A stretch of DNA of 61,391 nucleotides, the filler included. It is 6 parts of 6 records of this genome, joined end to end, with 100 filler letters (N's around TTAATTAATTAA, not from the genome) between each part and the next. Parts side by side here need not be neighbours in the genome. Positions count along the whole stretch, not along the records: positions 1 to 17,649 come from SRR22947727_3503; positions 17,750 to 23,849 come from SRR22947727_3507; 4 more parts are not named here. One strand, 5' to 3'. Under the pieces are notes generated by a model. That model had not been told where the DNA came from. It searched no databases and saw nothing but the letters and a program-made list of their open reading frames with translations. Position numbers and translations under genes: made by a program. This document shows, piece after piece, positions 10,563 to 21,130 of the stretch. How positions within the stretch are numbered: position 1 is the stretch's first letter; each line of letters begins with the position of its first letter.

Positions 10563-11477
10563 TCAGAACAACAATTGGAAGCGCCTGCTGCTGGACTCAT
10601 TCGCATCGACTCCCCTTGTTGTCTCCTTCGCAGGCCATTGTGTGTCGAGATAACTCACTCCATTTTGATAAAAAGGACGGGCTTTTAGTCGACTCGTTTG
10701 AAGATCTGTTGTTCCCATGGTGGTGATTAATTTTCCCAACTCCATAGGACCAAGATCTGTTTCAAGATTACGTCCAGCTGCTGTGATTAGGGCTGGCAGA
10801 CGGATCAGATGCTGAGGTTGGATGAGTTTGTTGAAGAGACTTTTTAACACAAGTTGTTGTCGGTCAAGTCGTCCTAAATCACCCTGTCCATCGTGGCGCC
10901 AGCGTAGAAACCCTTCGAGCTCACGGCCTTTGAGGACCTGGCGACCTGGTTGAAGATCGATCAATAATCCTTGGCTTTTGTCTTGGTAGTAGAGGCGTTT
11001 TGGTACATCAACTTCTAGACCCCCAAGTAAATCACTAATGGTGCGGATCCCTTCTAAATTAACGAGTATATGATGATTAATTGGGCGACCCATTAGGCGC
11101 GTTAATTCTGTTTTGACAGCATTTGGCCCACCTCTGGCATGGAGTGCGTTGGCCTTCATTGGTCCAAAGCTGCGTGAATTGATATAACTGTCTCTTGGAA
11201 CTTGAATGATTGAAGTATCACCATTCTCAATACTTAGAATAAAAATAGTGTCTGTATTGCCGCCTCCAGCATCCATTCCGAGAACAACGATGTTTTCATT
11301 ATCAAAGCTCGACCAGCCTTCGAATGGGTTGCTGATTGAGGTCAGCTTGGGGAGTTCTGTTGATGGAAGGAGAGATCGACTCAGAGGTATCGACAGCAGC
11401 AATCCACCAAAGAGTCCAAGCACTGCTGCTGTGAGCAGGGATTTTTTGTTCGGACTTCTTTGGCCGTTCATCTTCAA
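10563..11477 (-). CDS. LytR-CpsA-Psr (LCP) family protein
   Basis: NIVVLGMD, NTDTIFI, QVPRDSY, FLRWRHD.GDLGRLDRQQ. Confidence 0.92.
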   Translation of the reverse strand: MKMNGQRSPNKKSLLTAAVLGLFGGLLLSIPLSRSLLPSTELPKLTSISNPFEGWSSFDNENIVVLGMDAGGGNTDTIFILSIENGDTSIIQVPRDSYINSRSFGPMKANALHARGGPNAVKTELTRLMGRPINHHILVNLEGIRTISDLLGGLEVDVPKRLYYQDKSQGLLIDLQPGRQVLKGRELEGFLRWRHDGQGDLGRLDRQQLVLKSLFNKLIQPQHLIRLPALITAAGRNLETDLGPMELGKLITTMGTTDLQTSRLKARPFYQNGVSYLDTQWPAKETTRGVDANESSSRRFQLLF

Positions 11478-11538
11478 ATCTTAGGTCTGTTCCTCCAGCA
11501 GTTCGATTGTGTTGATGTTTGTGTGGTCTGAACCATGA

Positions 11539-13629
11539 TTAATTGAGGGGATCGCTGATCATTAGGGCTGGGCAGGCCAACTGATGGACCAAATTGCTCG
11601 TCCGATCACTAGCCGGAATGGGGAGGCCCGCGACCCGCCGTCGTTGTGATCGCAAGATCACGAGATCTTGGTTTTTGCTGAACCAGTGGATTTTTGAATC
11701 GATGCCTGGTCCCTGCAGCAATTTGATTTGAATTTGTTGGCTAGAGATGTTGCGAGGACACCAACTCATCAGTTGCTGCTCCATCCAGGATCGTTCGTGT
11801 CGGTTAAAGCGTGGATCATGGATGTGGAGAAGACTAATGGTGGTGGCTGTTGGGTCTGGTGCGGTTGATAGGAGCCGAAGGGCGAGCTCAAATTGTTCGC
11901 GGGCACTCGCCGATAGATCTTTGATTGGAACCAGGATTTGGTTGAGATCATTGAGTTCTCGTCGCCCAAGATTGGCAACGACCACTGGGCAATGCGCGGT
12001 TCGGCAGACCCCGTCGACCAGGTCTCCCAGGAGCCATTTGCGCAGTGGGTCAGGCCGTCCGGCTCCAATCAAAAGCAGATCGGCACCCTCCTCTAAAGCG
12101 CTTCGACTCATGCCTGCAGCGATGTCATCATCCACGCGCAACAGACATCGCGTGGTTGCAGTGAGGCCCTCTCCGTTGCTTGCCGCCTGATTCAGCCGGG
12201 CTCTTGCCGCTGATAGCGCTCGATTTAAGCCACCGCGGGCTTCTTCAAGGCTTGGACTCACTAAAGCGAGGGGTAGGAGTTGTCCGTTGTGATCGCCTTC
12301 TCCCTGGGAGAGTCGAGCGGCCAATTTCAGCAGGCTCAACTCTGTGTCTGGATTGGCAACTGGGACCAACACTTTGAGAGGGCGGCGTACCACCTCTCCG
12401 GGGACCTCTTGATCTTCATCGAGTCCTGTTGTGCCGTATGGGGAGCGCTCATTCGGTTCCATCAGGGCCACAACGGAGCGTGTGGTGAGAGTTGGACCGA
12501 GCGTTGCCGTCACAACCATTACGGCAAGAACGGCGTTGAGAACTGTGTTGTCGAGTAAGCCGGCCTGAAAACCAATGAACGCGGTTGCAAGCGTGGCAGC
12601 CACCTTGGGCATGGCAAGTGACCACATCAGCAGCATTTGATTGCGGCTGTAGCGGAACCAGCGCCCAGCGATCACAGCAGCAAGTGCCTTGCATCCCAAA
12701 GCTCCAGTGAGCATTAGGGCGGTGAACTCAATGTTGCTAATGCTGTCGGCGAGGCTGCCGAGATCGAGCAGCAGTCCCAAATGAATGAAGAAAATGGGGA
12801 TGAATAAGGCTCCCCCTACAAAGATCACCTGCTCTTTGACCTTGCCTTCTGGAAGGACGGAATTCACGGCGAGCCCAGCCAAAAAAGCGCCCACGATTTT
12901 TTCAATCCCTGCGAGTTCAGCGCCGAGGGAGGCCACAAACAAGGTGAGTAACACCGCCAGAAACACCCTGTTTTCATCGATGACGTTGCGCATCCATAGA
13001 TGTCGCCCAATCATTCGAATGCCCAAGACGACGACGCAAGCAAACACGCCGATGCTGATGAGCAGCGCAATAAAGCTGCTCGGTGTGAGATTTCCCTTGC
13101 CAAGGCCTAGGGCTACAGCGAGCAAGACCAGCGCTGCAATGTCCGTGAAAATCGTGCTTCCAACGCTCACAATTACGGACTCGTCACGCTGGGCGCCATA
13201 ACTCCTCACGATCGGATAGCCGAGCGGAGTGTGCGTTGCCATCAGGGCTCCCAATAGGAGACTGGGTACTAAGGGGAAGCCAAAGATCTGGCCGATCCCG
13301 AACCCTGTACCAACTCCGAGCACAAAGATCAGGGCCCCAAATGTCACAGAGCGTCTTTTGACTCTGTTGAACTCTTCAAGGTCGATCTCTAGCCCGACTG
13401 TGAACAGCAGATAGATGGCTCCGATATCGGAGAGAAGGGTGATCGTTTCACTTTTGGCATCGATCCAATGAAACACATGGGGACCGATCAGTACGCCAGC
13501 GACTAAGAGTCCGACAAGATCAGGAAGCCTTAACCGTCTTGTGATGGGTGGAACCAAGACGCTGATCGCAACAAGCTGGGCAAAAATGCCCAGTGGGTGA
13601 TGCATCAGGTGGGATAGCGAAGCAGCCAT
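11539..13629 (-). CDS. Cation:proton antiporter (CPA2) with C-terminal USP-like domains
   Basis: GLLVAGVLIGP, LLFTVGLEIDL, IVGAFLAGL; VLVPVANP and LLGDLVDGVCRTAHCPVVV. Confidence 0.9.
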   Translation of the reverse strand: MAASLSHLMHHPLGIFAQLVAISVLVPPITRRLRLPDLVGLLVAGVLIGPHVFHWIDAKSETITLLSDIGAIYLLFTVGLEIDLEEFNRVKRRSVTFGALIFVLGVGTGFGIGQIFGFPLVPSLLLGALMATHTPLGYPIVRSYGAQRDESVIVSVGSTIFTDIAALVLLAVALGLGKGNLTPSSFIALLISIGVFACVVVLGIRMIGRHLWMRNVIDENRVFLAVLLTLFVASLGAELAGIEKIVGAFLAGLAVNSVLPEGKVKEQVIFVGGALFIPIFFIHLGLLLDLGSLADSISNIEFTALMLTGALGCKALAAVIAGRWFRYSRNQMLLMWSLAMPKVAATLATAFIGFQAGLLDNTVLNAVLAVMVVTATLGPTLTTRSVVALMEPNERSPYGTTGLDEDQEVPGEVVRRPLKVLVPVANPDTELSLLKLAARLSQGEGDHNGQLLPLALVSPSLEEARGGLNRALSAARARLNQAASNGEGLTATTRCLLRVDDDIAAGMSRSALEEGADLLLIGAGRPDPLRKWLLGDLVDGVCRTAHCPVVVANLGRRELNDLNQILVPIKDLSASAREQFELALRLLSTAPDPTATTISLLHIHDPRFNRHERSWMEQQLMSWCPRNISSQQIQIKLLQGPGIDSKIHWFSKNQDLVILRSQRRRVAGLPIPASDRTSNLVHQLACPALMISDPLN

Positions 13630-13659
13630 CAGTGAAGTCTTGGAAGAAAGGTTTTGGCG

Positions 13660-15471
13660 TTAGAGGCTCAGCGCTTCGTCACTACGTAAGCCAGCTTGAA
13701 CCCGCCAGAGGTCGGAGTAAGCGCCTGGTTTGTGCAGAAGTTGATCATGGGTTCCCTGTTCCACAATGCGACCAGCGTCCATCACAATGATTTGATCGGC
13801 ATGCCGCACGGTGCTGAGTCGATGCGCAATAACCAGTGTGGTCCGATTCGCGGTGATGCGCATTAGTGAACGCTGAATCGCAGCCTCTGTTTCATTGTCA
13901 ACAGCGGCCGTTGCTTCATCGAGGATCAATACGGGCACATTCTTTAAAATGGCTCTAGCCAAGGCGATTCGTTGGCGTTGACCACCTGACAAACGCTGAC
14001 CACGCTCTCCTACAACCGTATCAAATTCTTGAGGTAGGCCTTGAATAAAGGCTAGGGCTTCGGCTTGTTCTGCTGCCCAAATAATGGACGACTTGGATGC
14101 TTCTGAAGATCCGTAGGCAATATTTTCAGCGACGCTTCCGTGGAAGAGGTAAACGTCTTGACTCACGAGTGCAATGCAGCGACGAAGATCTTGCAGATGC
14201 AGCGATGCAATTGGATGGTTGTCAAGAAGAATCCTGCCGCTACTGAGCGGATAGAGCCTCAGCAGTAGTTTGACCAATGAACTTTTACCTGAACCTGTAG
14301 CACCCACAATGCCAATTGTTTGTCCAGCATGAATACTTAGGTCGAACTTGTTCAGCAGTGGTTCGCGATCTTTATAGGAAAAGCAAACTTGTTCATAGCG
14401 TATGTCTCCTTTGATATCACTTGGGTTGAGGCGAATGTTTCCGCTGGCGATCTGAATCGGTGTGTCGATGAGATCTAGAACGCGCTGAGTGGAGGCCATT
14501 GATCGTTGGTAATCATCTAGGGTTCGCCCTAAGGTGGTTAGAGGCCACAGCAGTCGCTGGGTTATGAAAACCAGAAAGCTGTAGGTTCCCACTGCGATTA
14601 GTCCTTGCCAGGCTTGGATGCCTCCGATCAGAAGAATCGCTAAAAAGGCAAATAAGATCGCAAAGCGAATAAGGGGAATGAAGGCGGCAGAGATTCGAAT
14701 CGCCTCACGATTGCACTGCTGGTAGGCATTACTCGCTGTACGAAGTTGTTCGAGTTCCCATGCTTCAGTTGCAAAGCTTTTGATGGTGAGCATTCCACCA
14801 AGATTGTTAGACAGTCGGGAGGCGAGATCTCCAGCTCTTTGGCGGACGTCGCGATATCGCGGAGCGAGGCGGCGTTGAAAACTGAGTGATCCCACAAGGA
14901 TGATTGGGATCGGAACAAATGCGAAGAGTGCCACGCCTGGTGCCAGGAGTGCCATGGCGCTACCGACCAGCAGAACGGTGGTCACTAATTGCAGAATTTC
15001 GTTGGCACCACGTTCCAGAAAGCGTTCGAGCTGATGGATGTCATCACCAAGCACGGTGAGTAGCCGCCCAGTGCTGTCTCGCTCGAAAAAATCCATCTCA
15101 AGCTTTTGGAGATGGTCATAGGCTTCTAATCTCAGGCTGTGTTGCGTGGTTTGTGCAAGATTGCGCCACAAAACGCCGTAAAGATATTCAAAAAGTGATT
15201 CTGCTGTCCAGACCAGGAAGGACAGCAGCGCAAGCACGATGAGTTGGCTTGGCACTGTTGTGGCACCCAAAGCTGCCAGCCACGATGAATCCTGTTGAAC
15301 AACAACATCAACGGCCAGGCCGATCAGAACAGGAGGAAGTAAATCAAAGACTTTGTTGATGATCGAGCAGCTCACCGCGATCCATACCCGTCTTCTGTAG
15401 GGCTGAAGATGGCTCATAAGCCTTGGTAGGGCAGGCTTTATGCGCCTAGCTGGATTGGGAGCGGCCATCAT
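13660..15471 (-). CDS. ABC transporter, fused permease/ATPase (MsbA/MdlB-like)
   Basis: TM domain, GATGSGKS, LSGGQRQRIALARA, ILDEATA. Confidence 0.92.
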   Translation of the reverse strand: MMAAPNPARRIKPALPRLMSHLQPYRRRVWIAVSCSIINKVFDLLPPVLIGLAVDVVVQQDSSWLAALGATTVPSQLIVLALLSFLVWTAESLFEYLYGVLWRNLAQTTQHSLRLEAYDHLQKLEMDFFERDSTGRLLTVLGDDIHQLERFLERGANEILQLVTTVLLVGSAMALLAPGVALFAFVPIPIILVGSLSFQRRLAPRYRDVRQRAGDLASRLSNNLGGMLTIKSFATEAWELEQLRTASNAYQQCNREAIRISAAFIPLIRFAILFAFLAILLIGGIQAWQGLIAVGTYSFLVFITQRLLWPLTTLGRTLDDYQRSMASTQRVLDLIDTPIQIASGNIRLNPSDIKGDIRYEQVCFSYKDREPLLNKFDLSIHAGQTIGIVGATGSGKSSLVKLLLRLYPLSSGRILLDNHPIASLHLQDLRRCIALVSQDVYLFHGSVAENIAYGSSEASKSSIIWAAEQAEALAFIQGLPQEFDTVVGERGQRLSGGQRQRIALARAILKNVPVLILDEATAAVDNETEAAIQRSLMRITANRTTLVIAHRLSTVRHADQIIVMDAGRIVEQGTHDQLLHKPGAYSDLWRVQAGLRSDEALSL

Positions 15472-15564
15472 CTATGGCAAGACGCTCTATTCAAGCGTTG
15501 TGTTGCCCAACAGCGTCAAATTTCTTGAAACGGTGTAGACCGGGACTAGAGATCGGGGAACTGT

Positions 15565-15750
15565 ATGACTCGTTCAAGAGCGTTCAATCGTTTTCATCGC
15601 TTCTTAGCGCGGAAGCATCGAGATGAAGTACGGAATGCCGCTTCTGTTTTGCCTGCTGATGAGACAAGACCAATGGATCACATTCAAAAATTGATGGATC
15701 GCAGTTTCGTCTTGGATGACAGGCTCGAAATGGAGGAGACGGCTCGATGA
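15565..15750 (+). CDS. Small hypothetical protein
   Basis: 61-aa ATG ORF filling the gap between the ABC gene and rbp. Confidence 0.5.
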   Translation: MTRSRAFNRFHRFLARKHRDEVRNAASVLPADETRPMDHIQKLMDRSFVLDDRLEMEETAR

Positions 15751-15769
15751 GCTGTCTCCTCCAATCGGA

Positions 15770-16132
15770 TCACCAGCGGTTGCCGCCGCCGTAACCGCCG
15801 CCGCCGCCGCCGCCGCCGTTGCCGCCGCCGCCGCCGTAACCGCCGCGGCCGCCGCCGCCGCCGCCACCGCCGCCACCGCCGCCAGTGCGCTCACGTGGAG
15901 TTGCTTTGTTCACGCGGATCATGCGACCCATCCACTCCACGTTTTGGAGGTCGTCGATGGCTTTTTGCTCATCTTCGTCTGTGGCCATTTCAACGAAGCC
16001 AAAGCCGCGTTTGCGACCTGTTTCGCGATCGAGAGGAAGACTTGCGCTCTTAACCTCTCCGTATTGACCGAATAGATCGAGAAGATCTTCCTGTTCTGCC
16101 TGGAAAGACAGATTGCCGATGTAGATGGTCAT
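15770..16132 (-). CDS. rbp: RRM RNA-binding protein with Gly-rich tail (Rbp family)
   Basis: RNP2 IYIGNL, RNP1 RGFGFVEM, GGGY-rich C-terminus. Confidence 0.95.
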   Translation of the reverse strand: MTIYIGNLSFQAEQEDLLDLFGQYGEVKSASLPLDRETGRKRGFGFVEMATDEDEQKAIDDLQNVEWMGRMIRVNKATPRERTGGGGGGGGGGGGRGGYGGGGGNGGGGGGGGYGGGNRW

Positions 16133-16345
16133 TACCTGAGGGGACCGTTGGACATTTGATCAGAAAAGTTTTGGTCCGAAAAGGAAAGTCCTTGATGCTG
16201 AAGCTGGAGAGCTGAAGCTTGGGGGAGCGAGCCGATCAGAGCCGAACATGAAGCTGATGCATCACCACGCTACAGGCTTGCCCGGTGCAAATTCTCAACA
16301 TTCGAACAGAAAATCGAAAAGTTTCATTTTTATCGCTGTTCTGTT

Positions 16346-16371
16346 GCATGGTCAGGAGATCCTGACCATGC
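16346..16371. terminator. Perfect hairpin, possible terminator or RNA structure
   Basis: GCATGGTCAGG-AGAT-CCTGACCATGC, 11-bp perfect stem in intergenic DNA. Confidence 0.45.
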
Positions 16372-16506
16372 CCATCATGTTTTTTCCCTATTTAAAGGTT
16401 TGCTGAACGAATCAGTTCAGGCCATGGGGGAGGGCCGTTTGAGCTAGGTCGACAATGACTCAACAACGACATTGTGCTGCTCAGAGCATCTTGACTGTGA
16501 TTGATG

Positions 16507-16806
16507 TCACTGTGTTTTAAGGAGAGGCCCGTACTTCTCGTTGGCAAGTTCTTTGCAGAAGTTTTGGGCTTGCATGATGGAAGCAATGCCTTTCCCGTTC
16601 ATCTCTTTGGTGAAGCATGAGCAAGTGAAATCAGCCATGCCTTCGGGAAGAGTTAGCCCAGCTTGAGACATTGCTGCAGAGACGCTGACCATGCAGAACT
16701 TTTTGATTTCTTCTGAATCATCGGAAGCCTTCGCTAACGAACCTGCAGTTGTGATCAGCATCGGAGATAAGCAGAGACTGATCACAATCCGGAGAAGAAG
16801 ATTCAA
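16507..16806 (-). CDS. Small secreted Cys-containing hypothetical protein
   Basis: Signal-peptide-like N-terminus; FC...FTCSCF...FC pattern. Confidence 0.6.
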   Translation of the reverse strand: MNLLLRIVISLCLSPMLITTAGSLAKASDDSEEIKKFCMVSVSAAMSQAGLTLPEGMADFTCSCFTKEMNGKGIASIMQAQNFCKELANEKYGPLLKTQ

Positions 16807-16809
16807 GAG

Positions 16810-17649
16810 TTAGGAATCCTTGCGGATTTGAAGCTCCTGGTTCATCACTTTGAGCTGGCGAAGAGAATTAAAGACGTTCTCTGGCATGCCTTTGGGAAGG
16901 TCTACAAGGCTGTGCGTTTCAAAGATCTGAATCCGGCCAATCATGCGTCCTTCCAGACCTGATTCATTGGCAATTGCGCCAACGAGGTTGCCCGGTTTCA
17001 CGCGATCGCGATGACCGACTTCAACTCTGAATCGCTCCATGTCGTCTTCTGGCGGGCGTGATGCACGCTCTGGTCTCCTGCCGCGGTCGTTGCCTCGGTC
17101 TCCGCGTCGGTCATCGCGCCGGTCGTTGCGCATGGGAGCTTTCAGCCAGCTTTCATCGCCTTGGACCAACAGTGGGCCTTCACCAACAGCCAACCTCATG
17201 GCGGCCAGAGTGAGTTGGCCTGGCTCTACCTCAAGCTCTTGGGCCACTCTTTGGATGAGCTCCTGAAGCAGTGCGGTCTCTTCTTCAGGTTTGTCTTCGC
17301 TGGTAGCTTCAGCGCTGAGGCGGGTGCGAAGTCGGTCCAGACGACTCTGGTTGATTTCGGCATTGCTAGGGATATCCATTGGTTCAATGGCCTGTCCCAC
17401 AGCGCGTTCGAGATTGCCGACGAACCTGCGCTCCCTGGGTGTGATGAAGAGGATTGCTTCCCCGCTGCGTCCAGCTCGGCCCGTACGTCCGATGCGGTGG
17501 ACGTAAGCCTCACTATCAAAAGGCATGTCGTAGTTGATCACGAGACCGATGCGATCAACGTCGAGACCACGCGCTGCAACATCGGTGGCAACCAGAATGT
17601 TGACGGTTCCTTTGCGGAGGCGTTCCACGGTGCGTTCCCGTTGGTTTTG
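16810..17649 (-). CDS. deaD: DEAD-box RNA helicase (DeaD/CsdA-like), 3' part; truncated by gap
   Basis: [26 protein letters not shown], DbpA-type RNA-binding domain ([19 protein letters not shown]). Confidence 0.88.
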   Translation of the reverse strand, partial: QNQRERTVERLRKGTVNILVATDVAARGLDVDRIGLVINYDMPFDSEAYVHRIGRTGRAGRSGEAILFITPRERRFVGNLERAVGQAIEPMDIPSNAEINQSRLDRLRTRLSAEATSEDKPEEETALLQELIQRVAQELEVEPGQLTLAAMRLAVGEGPLLVQGDESWLKAPMRNDRRDDRRGDRGNDRGRRPERASRPPEDDMERFRVEVGHRDRVKPGNLVGAIANESGLEGRMIGRIQIFETHSLVDLPKGMPENVFNSLRQLKVMNQELQIRKDS

Positions 17650-17749
17650 NNNNNNNNNNNNNNNNNNNNNNNNNNNNNNNNNNNNNNNNNNNNTTAATTA
17701 ATTAANNNNNNNNNNNNNNNNNNNNNNNNNNNNNNNNNNNNNNNNNNNN
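17650..17749. other. Artificial contig linker
   Basis: 100-nt N run containing TTAATTAATTAA. Confidence 0.98.
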
Positions 17750-18688
17750 ACGTTGCGCTTCGCTCTCCAAGGTGGCGTTGATGGTTATACCATCTCACGT
17801 CCTAACATCTTGGGTGGATACAACCTCTTCAATGATGCTGAGACTGTGCAACTGGATTACATCCTGATGGGTCCTGGCATGAATAGTTTGAATGATACTA
17901 TCGCCAAAGCACAACACATCATTGGTATTGCAGATGCCCGTAAGGATTGCATCGCTTTCATCTCACCTTATAGAGGTGACATTGTAGGACAAACTTCTAC
18001 ACCTCAAATCGTGACCCGCACGATTGAGTACTTCGATCAACTCGGATCCTCTTCTTATGCTGTCTTCGATAACAACTACAAGTATCTCTACGACAAGTAT
18101 AATGATGTCTATCGCTACATTCCTTGTAACGGTGACCTGGCTGGTCTGGTATTGAGCACGACTCTTAACCAAGAGCCTTGGTTCTCACCTGCTGGTTTCA
18201 ACCGTGGTAACTTGAGAAACAGCATCAAACTTGCTTATTCTCCTCTGAAGGATCATAGAGATCTGCTTTATGCAGCAAGAGTTAACCCCATCGTCGCATT
18301 CCCTGGTCAGGGCATGGTCCTCTTCGGAGACAAGACTGCACTGGGTTATCAATCTGCATTCGACAGAATCAACGTCCGCCGTCTCTTCCTCGTTATCGAA
18401 GAAGCAGTCAGCAACGCTGCTAAGACTCAACTCTTTGAATTGAATGATGAGTTTACTCGCCAACAATTCAAGAACATCGTTGAGCCCTACCTGAGATCTG
18501 TCCAATCACGTCGTGGTATCGTTGACTTCCTGGTTGTCTGTGATGGCACCAACAACCCTGCGGAATCAATCGACCGTGGTGAATTCTACGCTGAGATCTT
18601 TGTGAAACCCACAAGATCCATCAACTTCATCACCTTAACCTTCACGGCAACAAGGACTGGCGCAAGCTTCACCGAGCTCGTCTCCTGA
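17750..18688 (+). CDS. g18: T4-like tail sheath protein gp18, 3' part
   Basis: ARKDCIAFISP, PWFSPAGFNRG, FGDKT...FDRINVRRLF, KPTRSINFITLTF. Confidence 0.95.
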   Translation, partial: TLRFALQGGVDGYTISRPNILGGYNLFNDAETVQLDYILMGPGMNSLNDTIAKAQHIIGIADARKDCIAFISPYRGDIVGQTSTPQIVTRTIEYFDQLGSSSYAVFDNNYKYLYDKYNDVYRYIPCNGDLAGLVLSTTLNQEPWFSPAGFNRGNLRNSIKLAYSPLKDHRDLLYAARVNPIVAFPGQGMVLFGDKTALGYQSAFDRINVRRLFLVIEEAVSNAAKTQLFELNDEFTRQQFKNIVEPYLRSVQSRRGIVDFLVVCDGTNNPAESIDRGEFYAEIFVKPTRSINFITLTFTATRTGASFTELVS

Positions 18689-18739
18689 TCATCTAACCAT
18701 CTAACCCCCATTACATAAACATCGGAGTACATCACCAAA

Positions 18740-19417
18740 ATGGCTGACAAATACCCAGGGCAGACAGAAGGCAAGATGGTCAACGCACCAATCCTTGACT
18801 TCAGAAACAGAATCGGGGACCTAGCCCGCCCCAACCTATTTCAAGTTGAAATCGGTTTCCCAGGCATCGTAGATGAAGGCACCCCTGCATCAGGTGCCAC
18901 ACCTGGATCTCAAGAACAGCGTCAGCAGGAATCTGCTGGTGCTTCCCAAGCAGGATCTTCTGCAGCATCTGGATCTCTTGCAACCTTCCTTGTGAAGGCA
19001 GCAAACATTCCCGCTTCTACAGTGGGTGTGATCGAGGTACCTTATAGAGGCAGGACACTCAAGATCGCTGGCGACAGAACCTTTGAGCCTTGGACAATTA
19101 CTGTCCTTAACGACAAAGGATTTGCACTGCGCTCTAAGTTTGAAGAGTGGTCCACCAAGATCCAAAACCTCCAGCAAAACCTACAGACACCTAGAAATAT
19201 CTCTGAGTATCAGTCTAGCGCACTTGTGCGTCAGTATGATAGACAGGGTGGTGTTGTAAGATCGTATCAGTTTGTCGGTATCTGGCCTTCAAACGTTAGT
19301 GCAATTGATCTTGCATGGGATAGCAACGATACTCCTGAAGAGTATACTGTTGAATTCCAGGTCCAGTACTGGACATATGCCAACGATAATAACGCTGGTA
19401 ACGCTGTAGATAAGTAA
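18740..19417 (+). CDS. g19: T4-like tail tube protein gp19
   Basis: ARPNLFQV, YRGRTLKIAGDRTFEPWTITVLND, WPSNVSAIDL. Confidence 0.93.
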   Translation: MADKYPGQTEGKMVNAPILDFRNRIGDLARPNLFQVEIGFPGIVDEGTPASGATPGSQEQRQQESAGASQAGSSAASGSLATFLVKAANIPASTVGVIEVPYRGRTLKIAGDRTFEPWTITVLNDKGFALRSKFEEWSTKIQNLQQNLQTPRNISEYQSSALVRQYDRQGGVVRSYQFVGIWPSNVSAIDLAWDSNDTPEEYTVEFQVQYWTYANDNNAGNAVDK

Positions 19418-19427
19418 ATTCTTAGCG

Positions 19428-19435
19428 TATAAATA
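19428..19435 (+). promoter_or_regulatory. T4-type late promoter
   Basis: TATAAATA about 25 nt upstream of g20. Confidence 0.8.
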
Positions 19436-19460
19436 ATTGATAATGTATAGGGACAGTTGA

Positions 19461-21104
19461 ATGTCACAACTATTTGGTTATTCCCTAGATCGAAAGAAAA
19501 GTAAGGGCTCTGCGAAGGGTCCTTCTTTCGTGCATAAGGACAATGATGATGCCGCGCAACCCATTGCTGCTGGTGGACACTTCGGTCAGTATGTAGATCT
19601 GGGAGACTCGGCAAATAAGTCGAGCGATGTCGATCTTATTGGTCGGTATCGTGCGATGTCTTTGCATCCTGAAGCGGATGCAGCAATTAATGATATCGTA
19701 AATGAGGCAATCGCTGGAGATCTTGACGATCACCCTGTTGATATTGAGCTTTCTAATCTTAAAGTGTCTGACGCTATTAAGACCCGCATCCGCGAGGAGT
19801 TTGACAACGTATTGTCACTCCTCGATTTTGATAGAAAGGCATATGACATCTTTCGTAGATGGTATATCGACGGTCGCCTCTTCTATCATAAGATGATTAA
19901 CCCTGATAATCCTAAGGAAGGGATTACAGAGTTGAGGTATATTGATCCTCGCAAAATCAAAAAAGTTATCGAGTATGATAAACCCAAGGATCGCATTTCT
20001 CCTGCAGATCCACAGGTTAACGTGCTGATTCCTAAGGCAGTTGAGTATTATATCTACGCTCCTAAGGGTCTACGCGGTTATGAAAACAATGGAATCAAGG
20101 TTGCACCTGACGCAATTTGTTATGCTCACTCAGGACAACTTGACATGCAGCGCAACTGTGTGTTGTCACACCTCCATAAAGCAATTAAAGCACTCAATCA
20201 ACTGAGAATGATTGAGGATTCGCTGGTTATCTATCGTCTCTCTCGCGCACCTGAGCGTCGTATTTTCTATATTGACGTGGGCAATTTGCCTAAGCAAAAG
20301 GCAGAGCAATACCTCAGAGAGGTGATGTCTCGCTATAGAAACAAGTTGGTATACAATGCTGACACTGGTGAGATTCGTGATGACAAAAAATTCATGTCTA
20401 TGCTGGAAGACTTCTGGCTGCCAAGACGTGAAGGTGGACGCGGCACTGAGATCACCACACTCCCAGGTGGACAAAACCTAGGTGAGTTGGAGGATGTCAA
20501 GTATTTTCAGAAGAAACTCTACAGGTCACTCAACGTACCTGAGTCACGTCTGGAATCTGATTCTTCTTTTAACGTTGGTAGGTCTGCAGAGATCACCCGT
20601 GACGAAGTTAAATTCCAAAAATTCGTCGTTAGACTTCGCAAGAAGTTTGGCGATATGTTTAATGATCTACTCAAGACTCAACTTATTCTGAAAGGTGTCT
20701 TCACACCTGAAGAGTGGGAAGATGTCAAAGAGCATATCCAATATGATTTTGTTGCTGACAACTACTTCTCTGAGTTGAAAGAGCAAGAGATCATGACCGC
20801 TCGTATGGCATTGCTTGAGCAAATGGATCCATATGTGGGTAAATACTTCTCACTGGAATACATGCGTCGTCAGATCCTTAAGCAACCCGATGCCCTATTC
20901 AAGGACATCGATAAGGATATGGCGCAAGAGATCAAAGATGGTAAGGTCATTGATCCTATGCAAATGCCTGCAATGGAAGTCGAGCAAATGGCAATGTCAT
21001 TGCAACCTCCCGAACCTGAGCCAGTTGACCCTCAGCAACAAGCTATGGATCAATACGCGCAGCAGGGAATCGATCCTGCGGATCGTAAAAAAGGAGATTT
21101 CTAA
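19461..21104 (+). CDS. g20: T4-like portal vertex protein gp20
   Basis: RRWYIDGR, IYRLSRAPERRIFYIDVGNLPK, EDFWLPRREGGRGTEITTLPGG. Confidence 0.97.
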   Translation: MSQLFGYSLDRKKSKGSAKGPSFVHKDNDDAAQPIAAGGHFGQYVDLGDSANKSSDVDLIGRYRAMSLHPEADAAINDIVNEAIAGDLDDHPVDIELSNLKVSDAIKTRIREEFDNVLSLLDFDRKAYDIFRRWYIDGRLFYHKMINPDNPKEGITELRYIDPRKIKKVIEYDKPKDRISPADPQVNVLIPKAVEYYIYAPKGLRGYENNGIKVAPDAICYAHSGQLDMQRNCVLSHLHKAIKALNQLRMIEDSLVIYRLSRAPERRIFYIDVGNLPKQKAEQYLREVMSRYRNKLVYNADTGEIRDDKKFMSMLEDFWLPRREGGRGTEITTLPGGQNLGELEDVKYFQKKLYRSLNVPESRLESDSSFNVGRSAEITRDEVKFQKFVVRLRKKFGDMFNDLLKTQLILKGVFTPEEWEDVKEHIQYDFVADNYFSELKEQEIMTARMALLEQMDPYVGKYFSLEYMRRQILKQPDALFKDIDKDMAQEIKDGKVIDPMQMPAMEVEQMAMSLQPPEPEPVDPQQQAMDQYAQQGIDPADRKKGDF

Positions 21105-21130
21105 ATAGTATTACTGAATTCTAAATAATT

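Noticed and set aside
15604-16075. Poly-Ala ORFs and GCC microsatellite
   Set aside because: Alternative-frame and antisense shadows of the Gly-rich rbp tail.
17694-17705. TTAATTAATTAA palindrome recurring five times as a biological repeat
   Set aside because: Always centred in a 100-nt N run; it is a six-frame stop spacer added in assembly.
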